55,907 bases of DNA from Gallionella sp. (GTDB taxonomy: Bacteria; Pseudomonadota; Gammaproteobacteria; Burkholderiales; Gallionellaceae): contig JBFKMJ010000001.1 in assembly GCA_041629915.1 (NCBI GenBank), positions 1 to 55,907 on the forward strand, read 5' to 3'. Below are positions 10,242 through 17,121 of the stretch, in pieces (the first letter of the stretch is position 1; each line of letters starts with the position of its first letter). A program made the translations under genes and the position numbers. The notes under the pieces are model-generated. The model saw nothing but the letters and a program-made list of their open reading frames with translations, was not told the DNA's origin and made no database searches.

Positions 10242-10504
10242 GCGCCCTCGCCTTCGAGATCACGCTGATCAGCCGCCGCACAGGCCATCCGCCTCGGCAT
10301 CCGCATGATGTCCGAATTCGACGCGCCCTGCGCCGTCACCTGCAAACCCAACAGGAGGATCGCAACATGAACCTGTACCGCACCCTCAACCACATCGACA
10401 ACTGGCTACTCAAGCGCTGGAACTTCGCGCTCAACGTCGCCTTCTTCGTGCGCCTCGGCCACGGCTGGCGCCGCGCCTGGAACATGGCAAGGAATACACT
10501 GTGA
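10238..10504 (+). CDS. Small basic hypothetical protein (alternative start at 10367)
   Basis: Coupled start; internal GGAGG RBS before 10367. Confidence 0.5.
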   Translation: MSALAFEITLISRRTGHPPRHPHDVRIRRALRRHLQTQQEDRNMNLYRTLNHIDNWLLKRWNFALNVAFFVRLGHGWRRAWNMARNTL

Positions 10505-10518
10505 ATCGCGTGTTTGGT

Positions 10519-10590
10519 GCCGAACGATGGAGGTAAGCGGGATGAATGAAGCGCAGCGGAATGAATATCCGCTTGACCGTTTTGTTATAC
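10519..10590 (-). other. attC-type recombination site (72 bp)
   Basis: Minus strand: R'' GTATAAC-5 bp-L'' GGTCAAGC-central hairpin-L' GCTTACC-6 bp-R' GTTCGGC. Confidence 0.85.
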
Positions 10591-11153
10591 CTTATGGTTA
10601 TCAGTGCATAGTCGCTGATCCGCCGTGGGATTACAAAACGCCAGGGCAGATAGGTAAAACGCTTGACCATAGACCGAATAGAGATAAGGGTGAGTCAAAG
10701 CACGGGGCGGGGAGTGTGGCACGATATGGGGCCATGACCATGCAGGAGTTAATGGCGCTACCTATAGCCGATCTAGCCGCAGAAAATGCCCACTTGTATT
10801 TGTGGACTACTAACGCATTTATGGAGCAAGCATACCCTTTGGCAAGAGCGTGGGGTTTTGAGCCAAAGACAATACTGACGTGGACAAAAACCAGAAAATC
10901 GGACGGGCAGCCCTCTATGAAAATGGGATACTACTACCGAGGTGCGACAGAGCATGTGTTGTTCTGCGTTAGAGGGAGTCTGCGTTTACAAGGTCTCGCG
11001 GCTCCAACTGCAATTTTTGCAGAGAGGCTAAAGCACAGCCAGAAACCAGAAGAGTTTTATTCTATGGTTGAGGCGCAGACCCCAGGCCCAAGGCTAGAGC
11101 TTTTTTCTAGGAAACTAAGGGCTGGCTGGAGAGCTTGGGGTAATGAGGTATAA
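10542..11153 (+). CDS. MT-A70-family adenine methyltransferase (cassette cargo; ORF also open from 10527)
   Basis: IVADPPW, HLYLWTTN, AWGF, MGYYYRGATEH.LF, HSQKPE, LELFSR..R.GW..WGNE. Confidence 0.9.
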   Translation: MNEAQRNEYPLDRFVIPYGYQCIVADPPWDYKTPGQIGKTLDHRPNRDKGESKHGAGSVARYGAMTMQELMALPIADLAAENAHLYLWTTNAFMEQAYPLARAWGFEPKTILTWTKTRKSDGQPSMKMGYYYRGATEHVLFCVRGSLRLQGLAAPTAIFAERLKHSQKPEEFYSMVEAQTPGPRLELFSRKLRAGWRAWGNEV

Positions 11154-11217
11154 CGGCTAGCTTCACCGGATCTGGCGCGGCTTTATGCGCCAGGTCCGGT
11201 GGAAGCGATAGTTATGC
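11148..11217 (-). other. attC-type recombination site (70 bp)
   Basis: Minus strand: R'' GCATAAC-5-L'' CTTCCACC-hairpin-L' GGTGAAG-6-R' GTTATAC. Confidence 0.88.
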
Positions 11218-11236
11218 AACAACTTTGGAGATTGAA

Positions 11237-11626
11237 ATGGCATCACAAATGATTGGCATGACCGAAATTGGATGGTTCAACCCTGGTGTGAATCCCCCGC
11301 CCTTTGACATGAAGCTGTTGCTGATGGTGGCTGGGTTGCGCTCTGAGGACTGCGGGCAGACATTTGAAGCCTACACGAAGGTGATGACAGCCTACGTGAA
11401 GCAGCGCGGCCCCGGCGACGAATACGATGACGAGCCTGCGTTTGATGAGTTCATGTCTGGCGACCACACTGATTTTCTCGACTTTCAGTTTTACCTGAAT
11501 GACGAGGATGGTGAAGAGCTGGACTGGTACAGCGACAGCATTGTGGCTTGGGCATATTACCCGCTCGGCCTGGCACATACTGCCGTGAATGTTGAACGCG
11601 AACGGCAGGCGGCGATTGGTGCATAA
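11237..11626 (+). CDS. Acidic hypothetical protein (cassette cargo)
   Basis: GGAG RBS; its stop TAA lies inside the GCATAAC core. Confidence 0.75.
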   Translation: MASQMIGMTEIGWFNPGVNPPPFDMKLLLMVAGLRSEDCGQTFEAYTKVMTAYVKQRGPGDEYDDEPAFDEFMSGDHTDFLDFQFYLNDEDGEELDWYSDSIVAWAYYPLGLAHTAVNVERERQAAIGA

Positions 11627-11678
11627 CGCCGGAAATCACGGGTCGGCGTAGCCGGTCCCGTGGATTGACTTGTTATGC
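11621..11678 (-). other. attC-type recombination site (58 bp)
   Basis: Minus strand: R'' GCATAAC-5-L'' AATCCACG-hairpin-L' CGTGATT-6-R' GTTATGC. Confidence 0.9.
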
Positions 11679-11699
11679 GTAACTTTTAACGGAGGCAAC

Positions 11700-11924
11700 A
11701 TGGCTACAAATTTGGCATTACAGAAAGCAGCACAAGCATGGTGTAAGGAAACCACGAGCCACAAAGAAATGGACGCGGAACTGGCCGAAGCCTTTGCCGA
11801 GATTCTTGACGAGATTTGGAGCCAGCCGTGGCTTGGAAACGCCACCACTGGGGAAATGCTCGAAGAATTGAAAACGCGGGCAGAGATTCATGGCTATTCC
11901 CGGTATCGGACTGTTGACGCATAA
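11700..11924 (+). CDS. Hypothetical protein (cassette cargo)
   Basis: GGAGG RBS; its stop TAA lies inside GCATAAC at 11919-11925. Confidence 0.75.
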   Translation: MATNLALQKAAQAWCKETTSHKEMDAELAEAFAEILDEIWSQPWLGNATTGEMLEELKTRAEIHGYSRYRTVDA

Positions 11925-11983
11925 CACGCTGTGAACGACAAGAAACGGCGGCGCTTTGCCGCAAATAGATAAGGAGAACAAAT

Positions 11984-12781
11984 ATGACTACAGCACTCGC
12001 AACACTATCCACACAACTAGCCGCAAAGTTCGATATGGGCGACGGCAGGGATGTGGCAGACATCCTCAAGGCGACAGCCTTCAAGGGCGGCACTACGCAG
12101 GTTAGTGACGCCCAAATGACCGCCTTGCTTGTTGTTGCCAATCAATACGGGCTCAACCCGTTCACCAGGGAAATCTTCGCATTCCCGGACAAGGGCGGCA
12201 TTGTGCCGGTCGTCGGGGTTGACGGTTGGGCACGCATCCTCAATGACCATCCGCAATTCGATGGAATGGAATATGAGCAGGATGATGAGAAATGTACCTG
12301 CATCATTTTCCGCAAGGATCGCAGTCACGCCATCAAGGTTACTGAGTACATGGCCGAATGCAAGCGCACTACGCAGCCGTGGCAGTCACACCCACGCAGG
12401 ATGTTGCGCCACAAAGCAACCATTCAGTGCGCGCGCCTCGCATTCGGTTTTTGTGGAATCTACGACCAGGACGAGGCTGAACGCATTATCGAGCGCGACA
12501 TGGGAACCATCGACGGCTCCACCGGCGAGATCATCCAGAAAAAGCAGGAGCAAAAGGAATTGCCGGACTACACCGACGAGCAGATGGACTTAAACATTGA
12601 TAAGTGGCAGGCCGCCATCAACGAAGGCAAGACAACACCGAAGCGCATTATTGCGATGGTTTCCACCAAGTTCAAGTTGAACGACGGTCAGGCAGCCACA
12701 ATTCGCGGCATGAAGAAAGAGGGAGCGGTTGATCCGTTTATTGCTGAAATGGAAGCCGCAGAGCAAAAGGAGGCAGCATGA
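11984..12781 (+). CDS. bet: RecT/Red-beta-type single-strand annealing protein
   Basis: QYGLNPFTREIFAFP.KGGIVPVVGVDGW...PWQSHPRRMLRHKA.IQCAR.AFG. Confidence 0.92.
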   Translation: MTTALATLSTQLAAKFDMGDGRDVADILKATAFKGGTTQVSDAQMTALLVVANQYGLNPFTREIFAFPDKGGIVPVVGVDGWARILNDHPQFDGMEYEQDDEKCTCIIFRKDRSHAIKVTEYMAECKRTTQPWQSHPRRMLRHKATIQCARLAFGFCGIYDQDEAERIIERDMGTIDGSTGEIIQKKQEQKELPDYTDEQMDLNIDKWQAAINEGKTTPKRIIAMVSTKFKLNDGQAATIRGMKKEGAVDPFIAEMEAAEQKEAA

Positions 12782-14430
12782 ACATCATTGAATTAGTCCA
12801 GGGAAGCGAAAGCTGGCACAAACACAGGGCCACACACCTAGGCGCAAGCGAGGCCGCTGCGATGCTCGGCTTATCAAAATACGTTACTCGCTCCGAGCTA
12901 CTGCGCCAGAAGGCCACCGGCCTCTGCAAGGACGTGGATTCCAATACGCAGGCCATATTCAACCGGGGTCATGAGACGGAAGCGCTGGCACGCCCCTTTA
13001 TTGAGACAATGATCGGAGAAGAACTCTGGCCTGTAACTTGTGAATCCGGCAATCTGTCATGCTCCTGTGATGGGCTGACACTTGATAATGACATTGCCTG
13101 GGAGCACAAACAGGACAGCAATGCGCTCTTTTCATCGGTTGCCACCGGAAAAATGCCGGAAGAACACCTGCCTCAGTGCCAGCAGATATTGATGATTACC
13201 GGGGCGAGCAAACTGATCTTCACGGTATCCAACGGAACACCGGAAAGAATGGCGAGCCTTGAGGTTTACCCGGATCCGGCGTGGTTCGAGCGGATCAAGG
13301 CTGGCTGGGTTCAGTTTATGCTCGACCTCGAAAATTACAGGCACATCGAACATGCCGAAAAACCGCAGGCCGAAGCGATCATGCAACTGCCCGCCCTATC
13401 CGTCCAGGCCACCGGCATGGTGACGCATTCCAACCTGCCGGAGTTCAAGGCGGCGGCGGAAAGCTACATCGCCAACATCAACACCGACCTGCAAACCGAC
13501 CAGCAGTTTGCTGATGCCGAGGCCACAGTGAAGTTCTGCAAGACCACCGAGGAAACGCTGGAAGTCACCAAGAAGGCCATCCTCGCGCAGACCTCGACCA
13601 TCGACGAAGTGATCCGCACGGTTGACCACATCCAAGCGCAGCTCCGCGATAAGCGGTTGATGCTGGATAAGCTGGTGAAGTCGGAAAAAGAGGCGCGCAG
13701 GCACAAGATGGTTTCAGACACAAACGCCCTATTCACCGCGCACCTTGCTGACCTGCAAGCCGAAATTGCTGGCATTCGCTTGGATGTTCCGTCGCCAAGG
13801 TTCGTTGATGTAATCAAGGGGCTTAAATCCCTGTCCTCGATGCACGATGCCTTGGATACCGCGCTGGCCAACGCCAAGATCGAGGCCGATGCGGTCGCCA
13901 AGGACGTGCGCGCAAAGCTGGCATGGCTCAAGCATTATGACTCGCTCAAATTCTTGTTCGCCGACCTTCAGCAGATCATATCCAAGCCGCTCGATGATTT
14001 TCAGCTTGTAATAATGAAGCGCGTGGACGCGCATAACGAGGCAGAGGCTGAACGCAAGGCCGCACATGAAGCGGAAGCAGCAAGGAAGCTGGAAGCGCAG
14101 CGCGCAGCAATACAGGCCGAGGAAGAACGCAAAGCCACCGCCAAGGCGCAGGCAGCAGCCGAGGCTATCGTTGCCGCAGAACGGGCGAAGCAGGCCAAGG
14201 AAGAAGCAAAGGCACGCGCCAAGGTTGAGGTGGAGCAGCCAGCACCGCTAACCGTGCCGCAGTCCGCACCGCAAGCGAAGCCCGACAACGTGGTCGTGAT
14301 CGAGCATCAGGACGTTATCAGCGCATTCATGTCCTCGCGTGACTTCGGCAGGGATGCCGGGAAAGTCCGGGCAATTTTGGTCGAGTTTGTGAAATTCAGT
14401 GAACACTTTGGCAGGAAGGAGGCGGCATGA
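12778..14430 (+). CDS. YqaJ-like viral recombinase exonuclease with long coiled-coil C-terminus
   Basis: QGSESW..HR...ASEA..., GH..E..AR, SCDG, WEHK, Q.QQ. Confidence 0.9.
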   Translation: MNIIELVQGSESWHKHRATHLGASEAAAMLGLSKYVTRSELLRQKATGLCKDVDSNTQAIFNRGHETEALARPFIETMIGEELWPVTCESGNLSCSCDGLTLDNDIAWEHKQDSNALFSSVATGKMPEEHLPQCQQILMITGASKLIFTVSNGTPERMASLEVYPDPAWFERIKAGWVQFMLDLENYRHIEHAEKPQAEAIMQLPALSVQATGMVTHSNLPEFKAAAESYIANINTDLQTDQQFADAEATVKFCKTTEETLEVTKKAILAQTSTIDEVIRTVDHIQAQLRDKRLMLDKLVKSEKEARRHKMVSDTNALFTAHLADLQAEIAGIRLDVPSPRFVDVIKGLKSLSSMHDALDTALANAKIEADAVAKDVRAKLAWLKHYDSLKFLFADLQQIISKPLDDFQLVIMKRVDAHNEAEAERKAAHEAEAARKLEAQRAAIQAEEERKATAKAQAAAEAIVAAERAKQAKEEAKARAKVEVEQPAPLTVPQSAPQAKPDNVVVIEHQDVISAFMSSRDFGRDAGKVRAILVEFVKFSEHFGRKEAA

Positions 14431-14603
14431 GTCCAGCCCAGCGCGTACAGCGAATCCTTGATGAGGCCGTCGGCAGCGACCTGTCATCGTGGGAGAAATT
14501 CGAGTTCTTGCCCAGCATCAAGGGGCGCACCAGCCTTTCTGAAAAGCAGGAAAAGGTTTTGCTCGGAATTGAGCAACGTATTTTTGAAGAAGGGGAAGAA
14601 TAA
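14427..14603 (+). CDS. Small hypothetical protein (58 aa, not in the ORF track)
   Basis: MSPAQRVQRILDEAVGSDLSSWEKFEF...; overlaps the upstream stop and the ssb start. Confidence 0.65.
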   Translation: MSPAQRVQRILDEAVGSDLSSWEKFEFLPSIKGRTSLSEKQEKVLLGIEQRIFEEGEE

Positions 14604-15019
14604 TGTCAGTAAATAAAGCAACCCTCATTGGCCGCGTCGGAAAAGACCCGGACATTCGCTACACCACCGGCGGTGATGCCGTCGCGTCATTCAGCCTGGC
14701 CACATCGGAAAGCTGGAAGGACAAGGCCGGCGAGAAACAGGAGAAGACCGAATGGCACAACATCACCGCCTGGCGCAAGCTGGCCGAGATCATCGGTGAG
14801 TATGTGAAAAAGGGCGATCTGCTTTATATCGAAGGCAAGATCACCACGGAAAAATACACCGACAAGGAAGGCATCGAAAAGTATTCGACCAAGATCGTCG
14901 CGCACGAAATGAAAATGCTGGGCGGCAAGCGGGATCGTGAAGAGCAGCAAACATCAACAAGCGCACCGGCAGCAAAGGCGGGTGCGTTTGACAACTTTGA
15001 TGACTCAATACCATTCTAG
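14603..15019 (+). CDS. ssb: Single-stranded DNA-binding protein
   Basis: SVNKATLIGRVGKDP...TEWH...LYIEG; acidic DDSIPF tail. Confidence 0.95.
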   Translation: MSVNKATLIGRVGKDPDIRYTTGGDAVASFSLATSESWKDKAGEKQEKTEWHNITAWRKLAEIIGEYVKKGDLLYIEGKITTEKYTDKEGIEKYSTKIVAHEMKMLGGKRDREEQQTSTSAPAAKAGAFDNFDDSIPF

Positions 15020-15028
15020 GAGACAAAC

Positions 15029-15496
15029 ATGGCGCTCTGCAAAGTTTGCGGCACATCTGATATGAATTTGTTTTATAGCTCTATCAAAACGTATTGCAAG
15101 GAACATTGGAAGATGCTCGTTCGTAAGAACCGAATTGAAAAGATCGAGCACTACAGGACGTTCGACAAGGCAAGGGCATCAATGCCGCATCGCGTTGCAG
15201 CAAGACTTGAATACGCAAACACCCCAAAAGGCGTTGCGGCTCACAACCGCGCAAAGTTCAAATGGTCGGAGCGGAACAAAAAGAAGCGTCATGTTGCCAT
15301 AGCCGTAAACAATGCAGTCCGCGACAAGAAAATCACAAAACCGGATTCATGCCAAGAGTGCGGTAAGGTTAATTGCAGGATTGAAGGGCATCACGACGAC
15401 TACACAAAGCCAATGGAAGTTCGATGGTTGTGTTCAACGTGTCATCGCGCTTGGCATAAAGCAAATGGATCGGTTGAATATAAGGAGGCAGCATGA
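15029..15496 (+). CDS. HNH-like zinc-finger protein
   Basis: CQECG...EGHHDDY.KP.EVRWLC..CH..WH. Confidence 0.7.
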   Translation: MALCKVCGTSDMNLFYSSIKTYCKEHWKMLVRKNRIEKIEHYRTFDKARASMPHRVAARLEYANTPKGVAAHNRAKFKWSERNKKKRHVAIAVNNAVRDKKITKPDSCQECGKVNCRIEGHHDDYTKPMEVRWLCSTCHRAWHKANGSVEYKEAA

Positions 15497-15711
15497 CCGA
15501 CATTGAACCACTGATGACCCAAGCAGAGGTAGCAGAGCTTCTGTCCCGGCTTGCCAATATCTCCGCGCGCCACGTCTATGATCGCTGGGTGCATTTACCG
15601 GACTTCCCAAAGCCTGTATTATTGCCGGTAGCGGTCGGGAGCAAGCGACCTAAACGCTGGCACCGGGCGGACATTGTTGAGTGGGCGGAGCGGCATAAGT
15701 TGGCGGCGTAA
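15493..15711 (+). CDS. Excisionase / AlpA-like recombination directionality factor
   Basis: LMTQAEVAELL...PDFPKPV...RW.RADIVEW; adjacent to attP. Confidence 0.8.
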   Translation: MTDIEPLMTQAEVAELLSRLANISARHVYDRWVHLPDFPKPVLLPVAVGSKRPKRWHRADIVEWAERHKLAA

Positions 15712-15745
15712 TCTCACGAATCACACATAACGGCTCGCAAAGCCT

Positions 15746-15761
15746 TGTTCCACGTGGAACG
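15746..15761. promoter_or_regulatory. parS-like palindrome
   Basis: TGTTCCACGTGGAACG; matches the chromosomal parS palindrome TGTTCCACGTGGAACA at 15 of 16 positions. Confidence 0.6.
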
Positions 15762-15782
15762 CGAGTCCCCCCCCCGGCACCA
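15762..15782 (+). other. attP core = 3' end of a tRNA (probably tRNA-Leu)
   Basis: CGAGT-CCCCC-CCCCGGC-A-CCA parses as T-loop end, T-stem, acceptor stem, discriminator and CCA. Candidate arm repeats CACG(C)AATCACACAT at 15715 and 15923. Confidence 0.8.
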
Positions 15783-15935
15783 CCGCAATAGGGCGCAAAG
15801 CCCGTAATCAAGCCACTTGCAGCCAATAAGTGGCTTTTTTATTGCGCTTTTTTTACACACGATTTACCGCGTGTTTACACGCTTTCCCACATTCAGGCAT
15901 AATCCGCCACTCATAAAACACACACGCAATCACAC

Positions 15936-16916
15936 ATGGCCAGCATCAAACCGCACAACGGGAAGTGGCGCGTTTTCATTTTCAAGGCTGGTGTACGCAA
16001 AACGAAGGTGCTCAACACCAAGACCGCCGCCCAAGCCTGGGCAGCCCAGACCGAGGCCGACATTACCACCGGTAAGGCTGGCGGCATCCCCAACAAGACC
16101 TTTGCCGACCTGCTGAACCGCTACGCCGAGGAAGTCAGCCCGACCAAGCGCGGGGAGCGGTGGGAGCGGCTACGCATCGGCCTGACGCTGCGCGATCCTG
16201 TGGCCTCTGTGCATCTGCGCGACTTCGATTCGCGCGCCGTGGCGGCATGGCGTGATCGGCGGCTTGGCCAAGTATCAGCGGCAAGCGTCCACCGCGAATG
16301 GAATCTACTATCAAATGCCTGCACCATCGCCGTGCTGGAATGGAAGTGGCTGCGCGACAATCCGTTTCGTGAAGTGAAGCGGCCAGCCGAGCCGGAGGCG
16401 CGGGACAGGATAGCAACCGACGATGAACTTGATAAGCTGCTATTCGCGCTGGGCTACGACAAGGAAGCCACCCCGCTTACGGCCTCCGCCAGGGTTGGCG
16501 CTGTCATGCTGTTCGCCATAGAAACGGCCATGAGAGCCGGAGAAATTGCCGGATTGGCGTGGTCTAGCGTGAAGCTGGATAAGAGGTTTTGCCGGGTTGA
16601 GGGTGGCAAGACTTCGGCGGCCAAGCGCGACGTGCCGCTATCCGCCGAGGCGATCAGGATCATCGAACAGATGCCGAGGGACGCAGATACGGTTTTCAAC
16701 GTCACCGCATCGCAGATAGACTCATTATTCAGGAAGGCGAAGGGCAAGGCGATGATCGAGGATTTGCACTTTCACGACACGCGACACCTAGCCATCACCC
16801 GGCTGGCGCGCAAACTGGATGTGCTGGCTCTGGCTCGAATGGTTGGGCATCGAGACCTACGGATGCTCCAGCTCTACTACAATGAATCCGCCGAGGATAT
16901 GGCCGGCAGGCTGTAA
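15936..16916 (+). CDS. int: Tyrosine integrase (Rci/HP1-like subgroup)
   Basis: TAMRAGEI, GGKT, HFHDTRH, VGH, LYY catalytic set. Confidence 0.93.
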   Translation: MASIKPHNGKWRVFIFKAGVRKTKVLNTKTAAQAWAAQTEADITTGKAGGIPNKTFADLLNRYAEEVSPTKRGERWERLRIGLTLRDPVASVHLRDFDSRAVAAWRDRRLGQVSAASVHREWNLLSNACTIAVLEWKWLRDNPFREVKRPAEPEARDRIATDDELDKLLFALGYDKEATPLTASARVGAVMLFAIETAMRAGEIAGLAWSSVKLDKRFCRVEGGKTSAAKRDVPLSAEAIRIIEQMPRDADTVFNVTASQIDSLFRKAKGKAMIEDLHFHDTRHLAITRLARKLDVLALARMVGHRDLRMLQLYYNESAEDMAGRL

Positions 16917-16977
16917 TCCCTCCGACTCCCCGCCCCTTCCCTAGCGCGAGAACGGGAACAGGGGTAGGATGCGCAGC

Positions 16978-17121
16978 ATGGAACTCCTAGTCCTGTTCGC
17001 TATCGTGCTATTCGCCGTCCTGGCCTACGCCCCGGAAGCTGCCTTGCAGATTCTACTGGCCGGCGCATGGCTGCTGATGATTGTCGCCGGGATCGTCGGG
17101 ATACTGATTAAGGTGTTCTAG
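16978..17121 (+). CDS. 47-aa membrane protein (not in the ORF track)
   Basis: MELLVLFAIVLFAVLAYAPEAALQILLAGAWLLMIVAGIVGILIKVF; two hydrophobic helices. Confidence 0.55.
   Translation: MELLVLFAIVLFAVLAYAPEAALQILLAGAWLLMIVAGIVGILIKVF

Noticed and set aside
11148-11678. The intergenic hairpins as intrinsic terminators or CRISPR repeats
   Set aside because: No U-tracts, the sequences differ from each other, they are separated by whole genes, and they fit attC box spacing
12767-15496. Repeated AAGGAGGC(A/G)GCATGA at gene junctions (12767, 14416, 15482)
   Set aside because: Common RBS plus ATGA translational-coupling unit in lambdoid early operons; no further structure
15762-15782. Complete tRNA gene
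   Set aside because: Only the 3' 21 nt are present; no D or anticodon arm upstream
15936-16916. Shufflon invertase or integron integrase
   Set aside because: No invertible repeat-bounded segments seen near the tail fibre and no IntI-specific insertion; the xis/attP context indicates a prophage integrase
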